From Kayfunavirus MT1B1P3, in the sequence record OZ035815.1: a stretch of 40,159 nucleotides of DNA; one strand, given 5' to 3'. The notes beneath the pieces were generated by a model, which ran no database searches, was not told where the DNA came from, and was given only the letters and a program-made list of their open reading frames with translations. This document shows, piece by piece, positions 26,058 to 36,624 of the stretch. A program made the translations under genes and the position numbers. How positions within the stretch are numbered: position 1 is the stretch's first letter; each line of letters begins with the position of its first letter.

Positions 26058-26147
26058 ATGGTCCTTATTTACACAGGGTTAGCACTATTCGTCTTATTCT
26101 GGGCGTACCTGCTGTCCAGCTCACCGTCTAGCGCCTATGACCGTTAA
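26058..26147 (+). CDS. possible small hydrophobic protein (29 aa)
   Basis: hand-translated MVLIYTGLALFVLFWAYLLSSSPSSAYDR; SD aaggagg 6 nt upstream; below ORF-track cutoff. Confidence 0.25.
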   Translation: MVLIYTGLALFVLFWAYLLSSSPSSAYDR

Positions 26148-26158
26148 GGAGTAAACCT

Positions 26159-26725
26159 ATGGCTCAATACATTCCACTGAATGCTAACGATGACTTAGAC
26201 GCCATCAACGATATGTTAGCTGCTATCGGTGAACCAGCAGTCCTACAGCTTGACGAGGGGAACGCTGACGTCTCGAACGCTCAACGTATCCTGCATCGTG
26301 TCAATCGTCAGGTCCAAGCTAAAGGCTGGAACTTTAATATCAATGAAGCTGCTGTCCTGACACCTGATGTCCAAGACAATAGGATTCGATTCTTGCCGTC
26401 ATACCTTCGCGTAATGACCGCTGGGGCCACCAGCTACTACAGCAACATGGGTGGATACCTGTACGACCTATCCACTCAGTCAACCACTTTCACCGACCCC
26501 ATCACGGTAGAGCTTGTGGAGATGAAGCCATTCTCCGAGATGCCTGTGGTCTTCAGGGACTACATCGTCACTAAAGCTAGCCGTGAGTTCAACGCTAAGT
26601 TCTTCGGTAGCCCAGAGTCAGAGCTATACCTTCGTGAGCAGGAAGCAGAACTCTATCAGCAGGTTATGGAGTACGAGATGGACACTGGTCGCTACAACAT
26701 GATGTCTGACATCGGGAGGGACTAA
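26159..26725 (+). CDS. 11: tail tubular protein A (T7 gp11-like)
   Basis: recalled similarity to T7 gp11 (AIGEP.V..L......D...A.RIL...NRQ.Q..GW.FN, YEMD.G.YNM). Confidence 0.9.
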   Translation: MAQYIPLNANDDLDAINDMLAAIGEPAVLQLDEGNADVSNAQRILHRVNRQVQAKGWNFNINEAAVLTPDVQDNRIRFLPSYLRVMTAGATSYYSNMGGYLYDLSTQSTTFTDPITVELVEMKPFSEMPVVFRDYIVTKASREFNAKFFGSPESELYLREQEAELYQQVMEYEMDTGRYNMMSDIGRD

Positions 26726-26952
26726 TGGCTAGTCACAACCTGAAGATTCACCGCCAGCACTTTGGTCCGGTACAACTAGGTCTAAAGACAGCAGAGCTGA
26801 GACTTAACGACCGGGACTTTAAGGTTGGCGATTGGCTTATCCTGAATGAGTGGGACAACGGGTATACTGGACAACAGGTAGCACGTAAGGTTGTCCACAT
26901 TGCTGACGTTGGTGACATCGCTGAGGGATACGTCCTAATGAGTATGATTTAA
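26725..26952 (+). CDS. small ASCH/DUF3850-like protein inserted between tail tubular genes
   Basis: 75 aa; HFGPVQLGLKTAELRLNDRDFKVGDWLILNEW resembles the DUF3850/ASCH pattern (recalled); T7 has no gene between 11 and 12. Confidence 0.5.
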   Translation: MASHNLKIHRQHFGPVQLGLKTAELRLNDRDFKVGDWLILNEWDNGYTGQQVARKVVHIADVGDIAEGYVLMSMI

Positions 26953-26961
26953 GGAGGGCCT

Positions 26962-29319
26962 ATGCCACTAATTACTCAATCAATCAAGAACCTTAAAGGT
27001 GGTATTAGCCAGCAGCCAGACATACTGAGGTTCTCAGACCAAGGCGAAGCACAAGTTAACTGCTGGTCATCCGAGAGTGATGGCCTCCAGAAGCGCCCAC
27101 CTACAGTCTTCAAGCGACGTCTTAACATCGACGTTGGAAGCAACCCTAAGTTCCACCTGATTAACCGTGATGAGCAGGAGCAGTATTACATCGTGTTCAA
27201 TGGGTCAAACATTCAGGTAGTTGACTTGAGTGGTAATCAATACGCAGTGTCAGGTTCGGTAGACTACGTTAAGTCCTCCAACCCACGAGATGACATCCGT
27301 GTCGTTACCGTGGCAGACTATACGTTCGTCGTTAACCGTAAGGTTGTCGTCAAAGGTGGAAGCGAGAAGTCACACTCTGGTTATAACCGCAAAGCACGAG
27401 CTTTAATTAACCTACGTGGTGGACAGTATGGTCGAACCCTTAAGGTGGGAATCAACGGTGGCGTTAAGGTCTCGCATAAGCTACCAGCAGGTAATGATGC
27501 CGAGAATGACCCGCCTAAGGTGGACGCTCAAGCCATTGGTGCAGCTCTGAGAGACCTTCTTGTTACTGCCTACCCTACCTTCACGTTTGACCTTGGGTCT
27601 GGATTCCTGCTAATCACAGCTCCTTCAGGGACCGATATTAACTCAGTGGAGACGGAGGATGGCTACGCTAACCAGCTAATAAGCCCAGTCCTAGACACTG
27701 TGCAGACAATCTCTAAACTACCTCTTGCCGCTCCTAATGGGTATATCATTAAGATTCAAGGTGAGACAAACAGTAGCGCCGATGAATACTACGTGATGTA
27801 TGACTCCAACACTAAGACGTGGAAGGAGACAGTGGAGCCGGGAGTTGTCACTGGGTTCGATAACACCACAATGCCACACGCTCTGGTACGACAATCTGAT
27901 GGCTCCTTTGAGTTCAAGGCTCTGGACTGGTCTAAGCGTGGTGCTGGTAATGATGACACAAGCCCTATGCCTAGCTTCGTGGATGCTACGATTAACGATG
28001 TGTTCTTCTACAGGAACAGGCTAGGGTTCTTGTCAGGCGAGAACGTAATCATGAGCCGTTCAGCAAGCTACTTTGCGTTCTTCCCTAAGAGTGTGGCGAC
28101 ACTGAGTGATGATGACCCTATTGATGTAGCTGTAAGTCACCCTAGAATCTCAATCCTTAAGTATGCCGTTCCGTTTAGCGAGCAGCTACTACTTTGGTCA
28201 GATGAAGTGCAGTTCGTGATGACAAGCTCAGGGGTCCTTACCTCGAAGTCTATCCAGCTTGATGTAGGCTCAGAGTTTGCCTTAGGAGATAATGCCAGAC
28301 CGTTCGCTGTAGGACGCTCAGTCTTCTTCTCAGCGCCTCGTGGGTCATTCACCAGCATTAAGCGATACTTCGCTGTAGCAGATGTGTCTGACGTGAAGGA
28401 TGCCGATGATACCACTGGTCACGTACTATCCTATATCCCTAACGGGGTGTTTGACATTCAGGGAACAGGGACTGAGAACTACATCTGCGTCAACTCTACA
28501 GGTGCATACAACCGAATCTACCTCTACAAGTTCTTGTTTAAGGACGGCGTACAGCTTCAAGCCTCTTGGTCTCACTGGGAGTTCCCTAAAGCTGATAAGA
28601 TTCTGGCGTCTGCGTCGATTGGCTCTACCATGTTCATTGTTCGTCAGCACCAAGGCGGCGTGGACCTTGAGCACCTTAAGTTCATCAAGGAGGCAACTGA
28701 CTTTCCATCAGAGCCGTATAGACTCCACGTTGACTCCAAGGTGTCTATGGTCATCCCAATTGGCTCGTTTAATGCTGACACATATAAGACTACGGTTGAC
28801 ATTGGTGCTGCTTATGGTGGTAATGCTCCGTCTCCCGGTCGGTACTATCTGATTGACAGTCAGGGTGCTTATTTGGACCTTGGGGACTTGACCAGTATCT
28901 CTACTGTGATTACCCTCAACGGCGATTGGTCAGGACGTACAGTGTTCATCGGGCGGCCCTATCTGATGTCCTACAAGTTCTCACGGTTCCTGATTAAGAT
29001 TGAAGATGATAGTGGCACTCAGTCTGAAGACACTGGTCGTCTACAGCTTCGTCGGGCTTGGGTCAACTACAAGGACACTGGCGCTCTGAGACTCATTGTC
29101 AGAAACGGTGAGCGAGAGTTCGTTAACACCTTTAATGGGTACACACTTGGTCAGCAGACCATAGGGACTACTAACATTGGTGACGGGCAGTATCGCTTCG
29201 CTATGAATGGTAACGCATTAACCACGAGTCTAACCTTAGAGTCCGACTATCCTACCCCAGTGTCAATCGTTGGATGTGGCTGGGAGGCGTCATACGCTAA
29301 GAAAGCTCGTTCCGTCTAA
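26962..29319 (+). CDS. 12: tail tubular protein B (T7 gp12-like)
   Basis: 785 aa (T7 gp12 794 aa); conserved position after gene 11; N-terminus MPLITQSIKNLKGGISQQP. Confidence 0.9.
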   Translation: MPLITQSIKNLKGGISQQPDILRFSDQGEAQVNCWSSESDGLQKRPPTVFKRRLNIDVGSNPKFHLINRDEQEQYYIVFNGSNIQVVDLSGNQYAVSGSVDYVKSSNPRDDIRVVTVADYTFVVNRKVVVKGGSEKSHSGYNRKARALINLRGGQYGRTLKVGINGGVKVSHKLPAGNDAENDPPKVDAQAIGAALRDLLVTAYPTFTFDLGSGFLLITAPSGTDINSVETEDGYANQLISPVLDTVQTISKLPLAAPNGYIIKIQGETNSSADEYYVMYDSNTKTWKETVEPGVVTGFDNTTMPHALVRQSDGSFEFKALDWSKRGAGNDDTSPMPSFVDATINDVFFYRNRLGFLSGENVIMSRSASYFAFFPKSVATLSDDDPIDVAVSHPRISILKYAVPFSEQLLLWSDEVQFVMTSSGVLTSKSIQLDVGSEFALGDNARPFAVGRSVFFSAPRGSFTSIKRYFAVADVSDVKDADDTTGHVLSYIPNGVFDIQGTGTENYICVNSTGAYNRIYLYKFLFKDGVQLQASWSHWEFPKADKILASASIGSTMFIVRQHQGGVDLEHLKFIKEATDFPSEPYRLHVDSKVSMVIPIGSFNADTYKTTVDIGAAYGGNAPSPGRYYLIDSQGAYLDLGDLTSISTVITLNGDWSGRTVFIGRPYLMSYKFSRFLIKIEDDSGTQSEDTGRLQLRRAWVNYKDTGALRLIVRNGEREFVNTFNGYTLGQQTIGTTNIGDGQYRFAMNGNALTTSLTLESDYPTPVSIVGCGWEASYAKKARSV

Positions 29320-29344
29320 CTTATTGAAGGGCCTATAGATTTAC

Positions 29345-29365
29345 CTTAACTATCACTATAGGGAC
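29345..29365 (+). promoter_or_regulatory. phage RNAP promoter (phi13-like)
   Basis: cttaactatcactatagggac; sits inside a 12-bp inverted repeat. Confidence 0.65.
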
Positions 29366-29395
29366 TATAGGCCCTTAAGGTTATAAGGAGACTTT

Positions 29396-29866
29396 ATGTA
29401 TATTCGCAAGGCTACGGAACCAGATGTCCACTACTTTCTGTGGCATCTTTCAGCAGATGATGTTAATGAGTGCAAAGCAAACTATGGGTCAACCGTTGGT
29501 CTCTCTGAAAGACTGCTTAAGCACCTATCTCCATCATCTGTGGTTTTAACGAACGGTGTAGGCGAAGTGTTTGCTTATGGTGGAAACCAAGGGGATAACG
29601 TATGGTTCTTGACTTCTGGTCTTGTCTATAAGCTGAGACCTAAAGAGAAGCGGGAGTTCATAAAGCGTATCTCTGAGTACAGGGACTTAATGTTAGACCA
29701 ATACGGGACCATCTGGAACTACGTGTGGTCAGGCAATAAGTCTCACATTAAATTCTTGAAGTTGCTTGGGGCTAAATTCCATGATGATTGGACTGTAAGC
29801 CCAGTAACTGGTGAGCGTTTTCAACTATTCACTATCTCTAAGGAGGACGTATGTGCGAGCCAGTAA
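29396..29866 (+). CDS. 13: internal virion protein A (T7 gp13-like)
   Basis: 156-aa ORF with SD (taaggag); assigned by position and size. Confidence 0.65.
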   Translation: MYIRKATEPDVHYFLWHLSADDVNECKANYGSTVGLSERLLKHLSPSSVVLTNGVGEVFAYGGNQGDNVWFLTSGLVYKLRPKEKREFIKRISEYRDLMLDQYGTIWNYVWSGNKSHIKFLKLLGAKFHDDWTVSPVTGERFQLFTISKEDVCASQ

Positions 29867-30438
29867 GTATCGGTCTAGGTATCATGTCTGTAGCTGGCGC
29901 CACTATGTCCGCATCCCAACAGGCCAAGGCTGAAGGTGCAGCAATTGACGCTCAGAACCGACAGTCTCAGGAAATGGTTAAGCAGATGAACTACTCTGAC
30001 GCCAACCTGAAGATGCAGGAGCGAGACCTGAAGGAGCAGCAGATGGCTGAACTGACAGAGACCACGCTCAACGGTATCCGCAATCAGGGTATGGTCAGAG
30101 CTGCGGTAGCTGAGTCCGGTCTGGAAGGTAACTCTATGGACAGGATTGAACGTCAGGTCGCAGGAGATACAGTCAAGGAGCGAGCAGGGATTACCGAAAG
30201 TTACAACCGCGACTATGCGGCTATCTTCGGGAACCGTATCGCCAACATTGAGAACACCAAGTCTGCTATCCGTGGTCAAGGTAAAATCATCAAGACCAGC
30301 CCACTGGCTCATGCACTTAATGTTGCTAACGCCGGGATGCAAGGTTACGCCGCTGGTAAGGCAATCTCTGGAGCGTCCAGCTCTGGTGGTGCTGCACCAA
30401 TTAGTGCTGCTAAAGGCACACCTACAGGTCATAGCTAA
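29851..30438 (+). CDS. 14: internal virion protein B (T7 gp14-like)
   Basis: 195 aa (T7 gp14 196 aa); starts MC as in T7 gp14; recalled motifs (SMDRI.R, NYRRDY.AIF, AAKGT.TG at C-terminus). Confidence 0.85.
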   Translation: MCEPVSIGLGIMSVAGATMSASQQAKAEGAAIDAQNRQSQEMVKQMNYSDANLKMQERDLKEQQMAELTETTLNGIRNQGMVRAAVAESGLEGNSMDRIERQVAGDTVKERAGITESYNRDYAAIFGNRIANIENTKSAIRGQGKIIKTSPLAHALNVANAGMQGYAAGKAISGASSSGGAAPISAAKGTPTGHS

Positions 30439-30449
30439 GAGGAGGACTA

Positions 30450-32732
30450 ATGGCTAGTAATATTGAATCAGCTCTGGCTAATCGGACTATGGGTCGTGGC
30501 AGAGCGCCTGGTAAAACTATCGCCGTCAACTATCAAGCAGCCAGCGTTCAGGCTCCAACTGGTGACTCCGGTCTGGCTCGTGCGTTGACCAACTTCGTTG
30601 AGTCTGGGACTGGATTGTACAAGCAGTTCAAGGACGAGGAGAAGACCAGAGCTGACGAGCGGTCTAACGAGATTATCCGTAAACTGACACCTCAGCAAAG
30701 ACGTGAGGCTATCCAGAACGGCACATTGCTGTATCAGGATGACCCTTACGCTATGGAAGCACTTCGAGTCAAGACTGGTCGTAATGCTGCCTTTGCTGTA
30801 GACGACGAGATTAACGTTAAGATTCAGAACGGTGAGTTCCGTACACGTCAGGACATGGAAGAGTATCGCCACCAGCGACTTCAGGACGCCGCTAAGTCCT
30901 ATGCTGAAGAGGCGGGTATTAACCCTACAGACGAGTTCTTCCAGCGTGGGTTCAACGATAACATCACAGACCGCAACATAGCTATCTATGGGTCTTTCAA
31001 TAAGTATTTCAGCAAGCAGTCTGAAGAGACAGCAATGTTGAACACCCGTATTGAGATGAACTCATTCCTGAACGATGGCGACCTGATGCGTTCACCTGAG
31101 TCTGGCAAGACATTCATGACCTACCTTCGTGACGGACTGACTACTGCTGCTATCCCCTCGGACCAGCGAGCGCGTGAGGTCATTACCCAGACTGTACGTG
31201 ACGCAATCCAGAAGTCAGGCGGCTCAAACTTCCTACAGCAAGTACGAGGCGAGCGAATCACACTTAACGGTGTGGATGCTACAGTCGAAGAGATTGTAGG
31301 ACCTGATGTCTTCAACGCTGCTATTGTTGAGGCACAAGGAACTGAGTACAAGCTGGTGGCTAAGTATCAGGAAGACTTAGCGTTAGGCGTTCAGTCTGCG
31401 ATTCTTCAGGACGACCCAACCATCGGTCTTGCCCAGATTCAGAAACTCAAGGAGCAGAACAACCTGCTTCAACCGGGTGAAGAACTCACACCTCAGCGTC
31501 AGATGCTTATTAATGCCGAAGCCAGCTTACTGGAAGCGGTAAAGCGTAAGTCTGCTGAACAGGCGAAGGAGAACACGAAGTTAATCCAGACCCAGAACAA
31601 GCAACTTGTCATTGACCAAGTTTATCAGCGACGTCTGGCTGGAGACAACGTGTCCACCAACTATGAGGACCTTCCGGTCTCTGAAGCCACAGGAGAGTTC
31701 AAGCGTTCAGACATGAACAACTATGCGTCTTCTAAGCTACAGCAGATTGACCAGATGGACATCCCTGAGGCTGCTAAGGACGCCCAGAAGGTGGCATTGT
31801 TAAGAGCTGACACTAACAACGGTCCGTTCCGTAATGCCTTCCAGACTCTTACTCAGGACGCTGCTGGTGAGTGGCAAGCTGCTGTCATCCGTGGACAGTA
31901 CGACCCAGACAAGATGCAACGCTTCGAGTCTCTTCGTCGTGCCTACACTCAGGACCCTTCAAGTTTCGCTGCTCTGTATCCTGACCAAGCTCAGTTGTTC
32001 TCTACGTTCGACCAGATGGACAAGATGGGTCTGGACCCTCAGACGATGATTGAAGCTGATAAGCAAGCTGCAAGTCAAAGCCGTGAGATGCGCATGGAGT
32101 CAGACAAGGCGTGGCAGGAGTTGAAGAACGACTCCAAGAACACCCAGTTGTCTCGCCTCCCAACGTCTCTGGACTCAAGTGCTCGTAAGGTCTGGGACTC
32201 ATGGTACTATCGTACAGGTAACGCTGACGCTGCAACGCAGCAGACTCAACGCTGGCTGAATGAGAACACCGTAACGTTCCAGTCTGAAGGTTCTGACGGT
32301 AAGTCCATCGGCATGGTGTCAAAGCACCAGCTTATGGTAGGGGATAACCCAGAGTCGTGGCAGGCTGGTCGAGACATTATCGACACCGCTCGTAAGCAGC
32401 TCATTAATGCCAACCCTTGGGTAGTGAACTCTCAGTTGTCCGTTGTTGAACAGAATGGCTCTATCTTCCTCCAAGACGCTACAGGTACTATTCGTATTCG
32501 CTACGATAAAGAACTTGTAGGTAAACTCTACCGCGAACAACAGCAGAAGGCACAAGATGCCGCATACGCTCAGGCAGAACGTGACGCTAACAAGCGAGCG
32601 CGTATCGTCGGGACCAAAGCTGCCGGTGACAAACGTCGAGCTGACCGAGAGGCCAACATCGAGAAGCGCGGAGGGATGTACAATGACGTCTCATTGGAGG
32701 GTATCGCAAACGTACTAATCGGTAAGGAGTAA
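30450..32732 (+). CDS. 15: internal virion protein C (T7 gp15-like)
   Basis: 760 aa (T7 gp15 747 aa); position between 14 and 16. Confidence 0.85.
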   Translation: MASNIESALANRTMGRGRAPGKTIAVNYQAASVQAPTGDSGLARALTNFVESGTGLYKQFKDEEKTRADERSNEIIRKLTPQQRREAIQNGTLLYQDDPYAMEALRVKTGRNAAFAVDDEINVKIQNGEFRTRQDMEEYRHQRLQDAAKSYAEEAGINPTDEFFQRGFNDNITDRNIAIYGSFNKYFSKQSEETAMLNTRIEMNSFLNDGDLMRSPESGKTFMTYLRDGLTTAAIPSDQRAREVITQTVRDAIQKSGGSNFLQQVRGERITLNGVDATVEEIVGPDVFNAAIVEAQGTEYKLVAKYQEDLALGVQSAILQDDPTIGLAQIQKLKEQNNLLQPGEELTPQRQMLINAEASLLEAVKRKSAEQAKENTKLIQTQNKQLVIDQVYQRRLAGDNVSTNYEDLPVSEATGEFKRSDMNNYASSKLQQIDQMDIPEAAKDAQKVALLRADTNNGPFRNAFQTLTQDAAGEWQAAVIRGQYDPDKMQRFESLRRAYTQDPSSFAALYPDQAQLFSTFDQMDKMGLDPQTMIEADKQAASQSREMRMESDKAWQELKNDSKNTQLSRLPTSLDSSARKVWDSWYYRTGNADAATQQTQRWLNENTVTFQSEGSDGKSIGMVSKHQLMVGDNPESWQAGRDIIDTARKQLINANPWVVNSQLSVVEQNGSIFLQDATGTIRIRYDKELVGKLYREQQQKAQDAAYAQAERDANKRARIVGTKAAGDKRRADREANIEKRGGMYNDVSLEGIANVLIGKE

Positions 32733-32736
32733 CATA

Positions 32737-35700
32737 ATGGCGACTCGTGGTATTCGCAATAACAATCCTGGTAATATACGGGTAAGTAAGGACCAATGGG
32801 AAGGAATGACTGGAGATGATGGCGCCTTCGTCACCTTCGATAGTCCAGAGTCTGGCGTCCGAGCTTTAGGTAAAAACCTGCTGTCCTACGGTCGCCAAGG
32901 TTATGACTCCATCGAGAAGATTATCAACAGATGGGCGCCTCCTAACGAGAATGACACTAAGGCTTATATTGACTCAGTGGTGGCTGCAACTGGTATTCCA
33001 GCTACCCAGAGTCTCGACCTATCGAACCCTGACACCCTGTCTGCTCTGGCGCAAGCTATTAGCTTCCATGAGACAGGCTCCCGGTACAATCCTGAAGTCT
33101 ATCAGAAGGGAGTCGAAAGAGCACTTAACGGCATTAGCCCAAAGACTCCACCAGTAAGCGCTAACGTATTTGACGCACTCACGGAAGGACTCAAGGCTAA
33201 ACCTAAAGTAGCTCTGGGTGAGAACCTTCCGACCGCTGCTGGTCTAAACATTGAGGGTCAAGCACCTGAAGCTCCCAACGAATCGTTCGGTGAGATGTTC
33301 TATAAGTCTACTGGCGAGACCATGCAGGAACGAGAGGATCGCTCTACGTGGTTCGGTTTCGGCGCGGCTACAGAAGCTGAAGTGAAGAACTCTATGGTCG
33401 GCGTGGCTATCCGCGCTGGTCAGACCGAGGACTCACTTGATGTCATTGGCGATGTGTTCAACCCTACCCGCTGGAACAACCATAAGTGGTCTCGTGAGGA
33501 GCTGGACCAGATTCGTAACGCTGGAGTTCTCCCTCAGTATTACGGTGTCATTACGGGTGGCTCTCCTCAGAACCTGACTGAGCTTATTAACTTGGCGCTT
33601 GAGAACCAGAAGTTGGACCAAGAGAAGGCCAAGGCTGGGACTGGTGCTCAGCTAGCAGCTGGTGTGATTGGTGCTGGTGTAGACCCGCTGACCTATGTTC
33701 CTATCGCTGGACAGGTTGGCAAAGGTGCGAAGCTAGTCAACAAGATGTTCACCGTGGCTGCTCAATCTGGAGCACTTGCTGGTGTATCAGAGATGGCCCG
33801 TACCTCAGTGGCTGGTGGGGATGCTCATGTGGCTGAAGCTATCCTTGGTGGTGCTCTCTTTGGTGGTGGTATGACTGCCATCGCTGATGGGTTAGGCAGA
33901 GCCTTAGGTCGCAACACTAATGAGTTTGCTGGCCCAGCTACACGTCTGGAAGCTCGTGAGACCGCTCGTAACGTTGATGGTCAGGACCTGTCTCGTCTTC
34001 CTATTCAGGAAGGTGAGCAGACCTTTAGTCATCAAGGCGTTAAGTTCGCTGACGTTCCTAATGAGCCGGGAAGTGTACGATTAGAAGATGGTTCAATCCT
34101 GATTGGTGAGAACCCTCTGAACCCTAAGACACGTCAAGTCTTCGACGAAGTGATTGAGCCAGAACGTGCCGCTGCTGGTGTGAACCTTGGTGGACTTACC
34201 GAGATTGGCCTGAAGCTGCTTCGGTCTGATAACCCTGAGATTCGTGGAGTAGCTGCTGACTTAGTACGTTCACCGACTGGTATGCAGTCTGGGGCCTCAG
34301 GTAAAATAGGGACAACTGCGTCAGACGTGTTCGAGAGGCTTCGTGCTGTGGACCATCGGTTCTACAACGACATCGACGATGCGGTTACTGAGGCACTAAA
34401 GGACCCGTACTTCCAGACAGCATTCTGGCGAGACTCTGGAGCATTCCGTCAGGACATCTACCAGCGCGTGTCTATGGCTATCGAAGATGGCAGCGGAAAC
34501 CTGAAGGCTGAACTGACTCCGGGAGAACTTAAAGTCTATGACCTACTGAAGAACCAGTTTGACGCCAAGCGTGAGATGATGGAGAACCCAGCTATGTTTG
34601 GTCGGTCAGATGCTCAGTCTATCTTTCCGGGTAGCCGCTTCAAGGGAACCTACGTCCCTCATGTGTATAGCAAACAGATGAAGGAGCTGTACACCAAGGA
34701 GCTTGGGAGTCCAGAGGCGTTGCAGGAGGCCATCAAGAAGTCATGGTTGACCAGCTATGCGTCTCGACCTGAAGTCAAGAAACGCGTGGACGAGGCACTC
34801 TTAGAGTCTGACCCTACGTTGACTCCAGAAGGGCTTGCGGCTGCGGTCGATAAGTACGCCAACGATAAGGCTTACGGTATCTCCCACACCGAGCAGTTCG
34901 AACGTTCATCCGTAATGGAAGAGAACATCAACGGTCTGGTTGGTCTGGAGAACAACAGCTTCCTTGAGGCTCGTAACCTGTTCGATAGCGATATGTCAAT
35001 CGTCCTGCCTAACGGTCAGACCTTCAGTGTCAACAACCTGCGTGAGTGGGACATGGACAAGATTGTCCCGGCATACAACCGTCGAGTTAATGGTGACATT
35101 GCTATTATGGCTGGTACAGGCAAGACAACGAAAGAAATGAAGGACTTGGTTGAGACCATGATGAACAAGGCTGGTGATGACGGAAAGTTGAAAGGTGAAG
35201 TATCTACCTTGCGTGACACACTGAAGATTCTAACTGGTCGTTCTCGACGTGATGGGGCTGACGATGCAGCCTTCGCTGCCGTGATGCGCACAATGACAGA
35301 CCTATCGTTCTTCGCTAAGAATGCCTATATGGGTGTTCAGAACTTAACGGAGATTGGTGGTATGCTGGCCCGTGGTAACGTTCGCGCAATGCTGCATGGA
35401 GTCCCAATTTTCCGTGACCTAGCCTTCCGTAACAAGAAAGTTGGGGCCTCAGAGATTAAGGACCTGCACAATGTTATCTTTGGTAAGGAGCTGGATGACT
35501 CAATCCGTCCGTCTAAACAGGATGTCATTGACCGTCTGCGATCTTACAGTGACCTCGGTCGTGGTGCAGCTACAGCTCTGGGGACTGCCAAGTATTACAC
35601 TGGCGAACTTGCAGTACGCTCTCCGTTCACTAAAGTCCTCAACGGTACGACCAACTACCTGTTAGATGCTGGACGTCAAGGCTTCCTGTCTGACATCGTG

Positions 35701-36624
35701 GAGCATAGCCTGACTGGTAGTAAGCGTAAGTTCGATGACCGCTGGCTGAAGACCGCTGGTATCTCTGACGAGCAGTGGAAGGGCATTAAGTCCCTAATCC
35801 GTGAGTCAGTGACTCGTGGTCCAGACGGGAAGTATACCATCAAGGATAAGAAGGCGTTCAGTCAGGACCCAAGGGCTATGGACCTATGGCGTATGGGTGA
35901 CACCATCGCTGACGAAACGTTACTCCGGCCCCACAAGCTGTCCAACATGGACGCCAAGGCTTATGGTCCTCTCGCTAAGACTGTCCTTCAGTTTAAGAAC
36001 TTCGTCATCAAGTCCATCAATGGACGTACCATGCGAACCTTCTATAACGCCACGAAGAACAACCGAGCGATGGACGCTGCCTTGTCCACTGTGATGTCTA
36101 TGGGTCTGGCTGGTATCTACTACATGGCTCAGGCGCACGTCAAGGCTTACGCTATGCAGGATGGTCGAGACCGTGACTACCTCAAGCAAGCTCTAGACCC
36201 GACGATGATTGGATATGCAGCTCTATCACGTAGTTCACATCTTGGTGGACCACTTGGGGTAGCTAACATTCTGGGTGGCATCGCTGGGTATGAGGACACT
36301 AAGATGCTCCGTTCGTCTATCCTACCTCGTTCGCCTACAGAGAAGCCTGAACGTGCCATCGCGTATGGTGCAGCTACAAGTGGCCCTGTGATGAATGTTG
36401 TTGGTAACTTCTTGGAGCAGGTTCCAGCTTTCGGATATGCTGCTAACGTTGGCGCTTCGGCTTACAACTTGGCTGGCTACCTCAAGGCGGATACTCGTGT
36501 CAACGAGCGTGACTACATGACCGGGATGTATAATACGTTCCGTGAACTGGTTCCGAACGACCCAATTACCCAGAAGCTGTTGCTTGGAACGTTTGAGGAG
36601 CAAGGTATCCACATCAAGGACTAA
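32737..36624 (+). CDS. 16: internal virion protein D with N-terminal peptidoglycan-hydrolase domain (T7 gp16-like)
   Basis: 1295 aa (T7 gp16 1318 aa); position; largest core protein. Confidence 0.9.
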   Translation: MATRGIRNNNPGNIRVSKDQWEGMTGDDGAFVTFDSPESGVRALGKNLLSYGRQGYDSIEKIINRWAPPNENDTKAYIDSVVAATGIPATQSLDLSNPDTLSALAQAISFHETGSRYNPEVYQKGVERALNGISPKTPPVSANVFDALTEGLKAKPKVALGENLPTAAGLNIEGQAPEAPNESFGEMFYKSTGETMQEREDRSTWFGFGAATEAEVKNSMVGVAIRAGQTEDSLDVIGDVFNPTRWNNHKWSREELDQIRNAGVLPQYYGVITGGSPQNLTELINLALENQKLDQEKAKAGTGAQLAAGVIGAGVDPLTYVPIAGQVGKGAKLVNKMFTVAAQSGALAGVSEMARTSVAGGDAHVAEAILGGALFGGGMTAIADGLGRALGRNTNEFAGPATRLEARETARNVDGQDLSRLPIQEGEQTFSHQGVKFADVPNEPGSVRLEDGSILIGENPLNPKTRQVFDEVIEPERAAAGVNLGGLTEIGLKLLRSDNPEIRGVAADLVRSPTGMQSGASGKIGTTASDVFERLRAVDHRFYNDIDDAVTEALKDPYFQTAFWRDSGAFRQDIYQRVSMAIEDGSGNLKAELTPGELKVYDLLKNQFDAKREMMENPAMFGRSDAQSIFPGSRFKGTYVPHVYSKQMKELYTKELGSPEALQEAIKKSWLTSYASRPEVKKRVDEALLESDPTLTPEGLAAAVDKYANDKAYGISHTEQFERSSVMEENINGLVGLENNSFLEARNLFDSDMSIVLPNGQTFSVNNLREWDMDKIVPAYNRRVNGDIAIMAGTGKTTKEMKDLVETMMNKAGDDGKLKGEVSTLRDTLKILTGRSRRDGADDAAFAAVMRTMTDLSFFAKNAYMGVQNLTEIGGMLARGNVRAMLHGVPIFRDLAFRNKKVGASEIKDLHNVIFGKELDDSIRPSKQDVIDRLRSYSDLGRGAATALGTAKYYTGELAVRSPFTKVLNGTTNYLLDAGRQGFLSDIVEHSLTGSKRKFDDRWLKTAGISDEQWKGIKSLIRESVTRGPDGKYTIKDKKAFSQDPRAMDLWRMGDTIADETLLRPHKLSNMDAKAYGPLAKTVLQFKNFVIKSINGRTMRTFYNATKNNRAMDAALSTVMSMGLAGIYYMAQAHVKAYAMQDGRDRDYLKQALDPTMIGYAALSRSSHLGGPLGVANILGGIAGYEDTKMLRSSILPRSPTEKPERAIAYGAATSGPVMNVVGNFLEQVPAFGYAANVGASAYNLAGYLKADTRVNERDYMTGMYNTFRELVPNDPITQKLLLGTFEEQGIHIKD

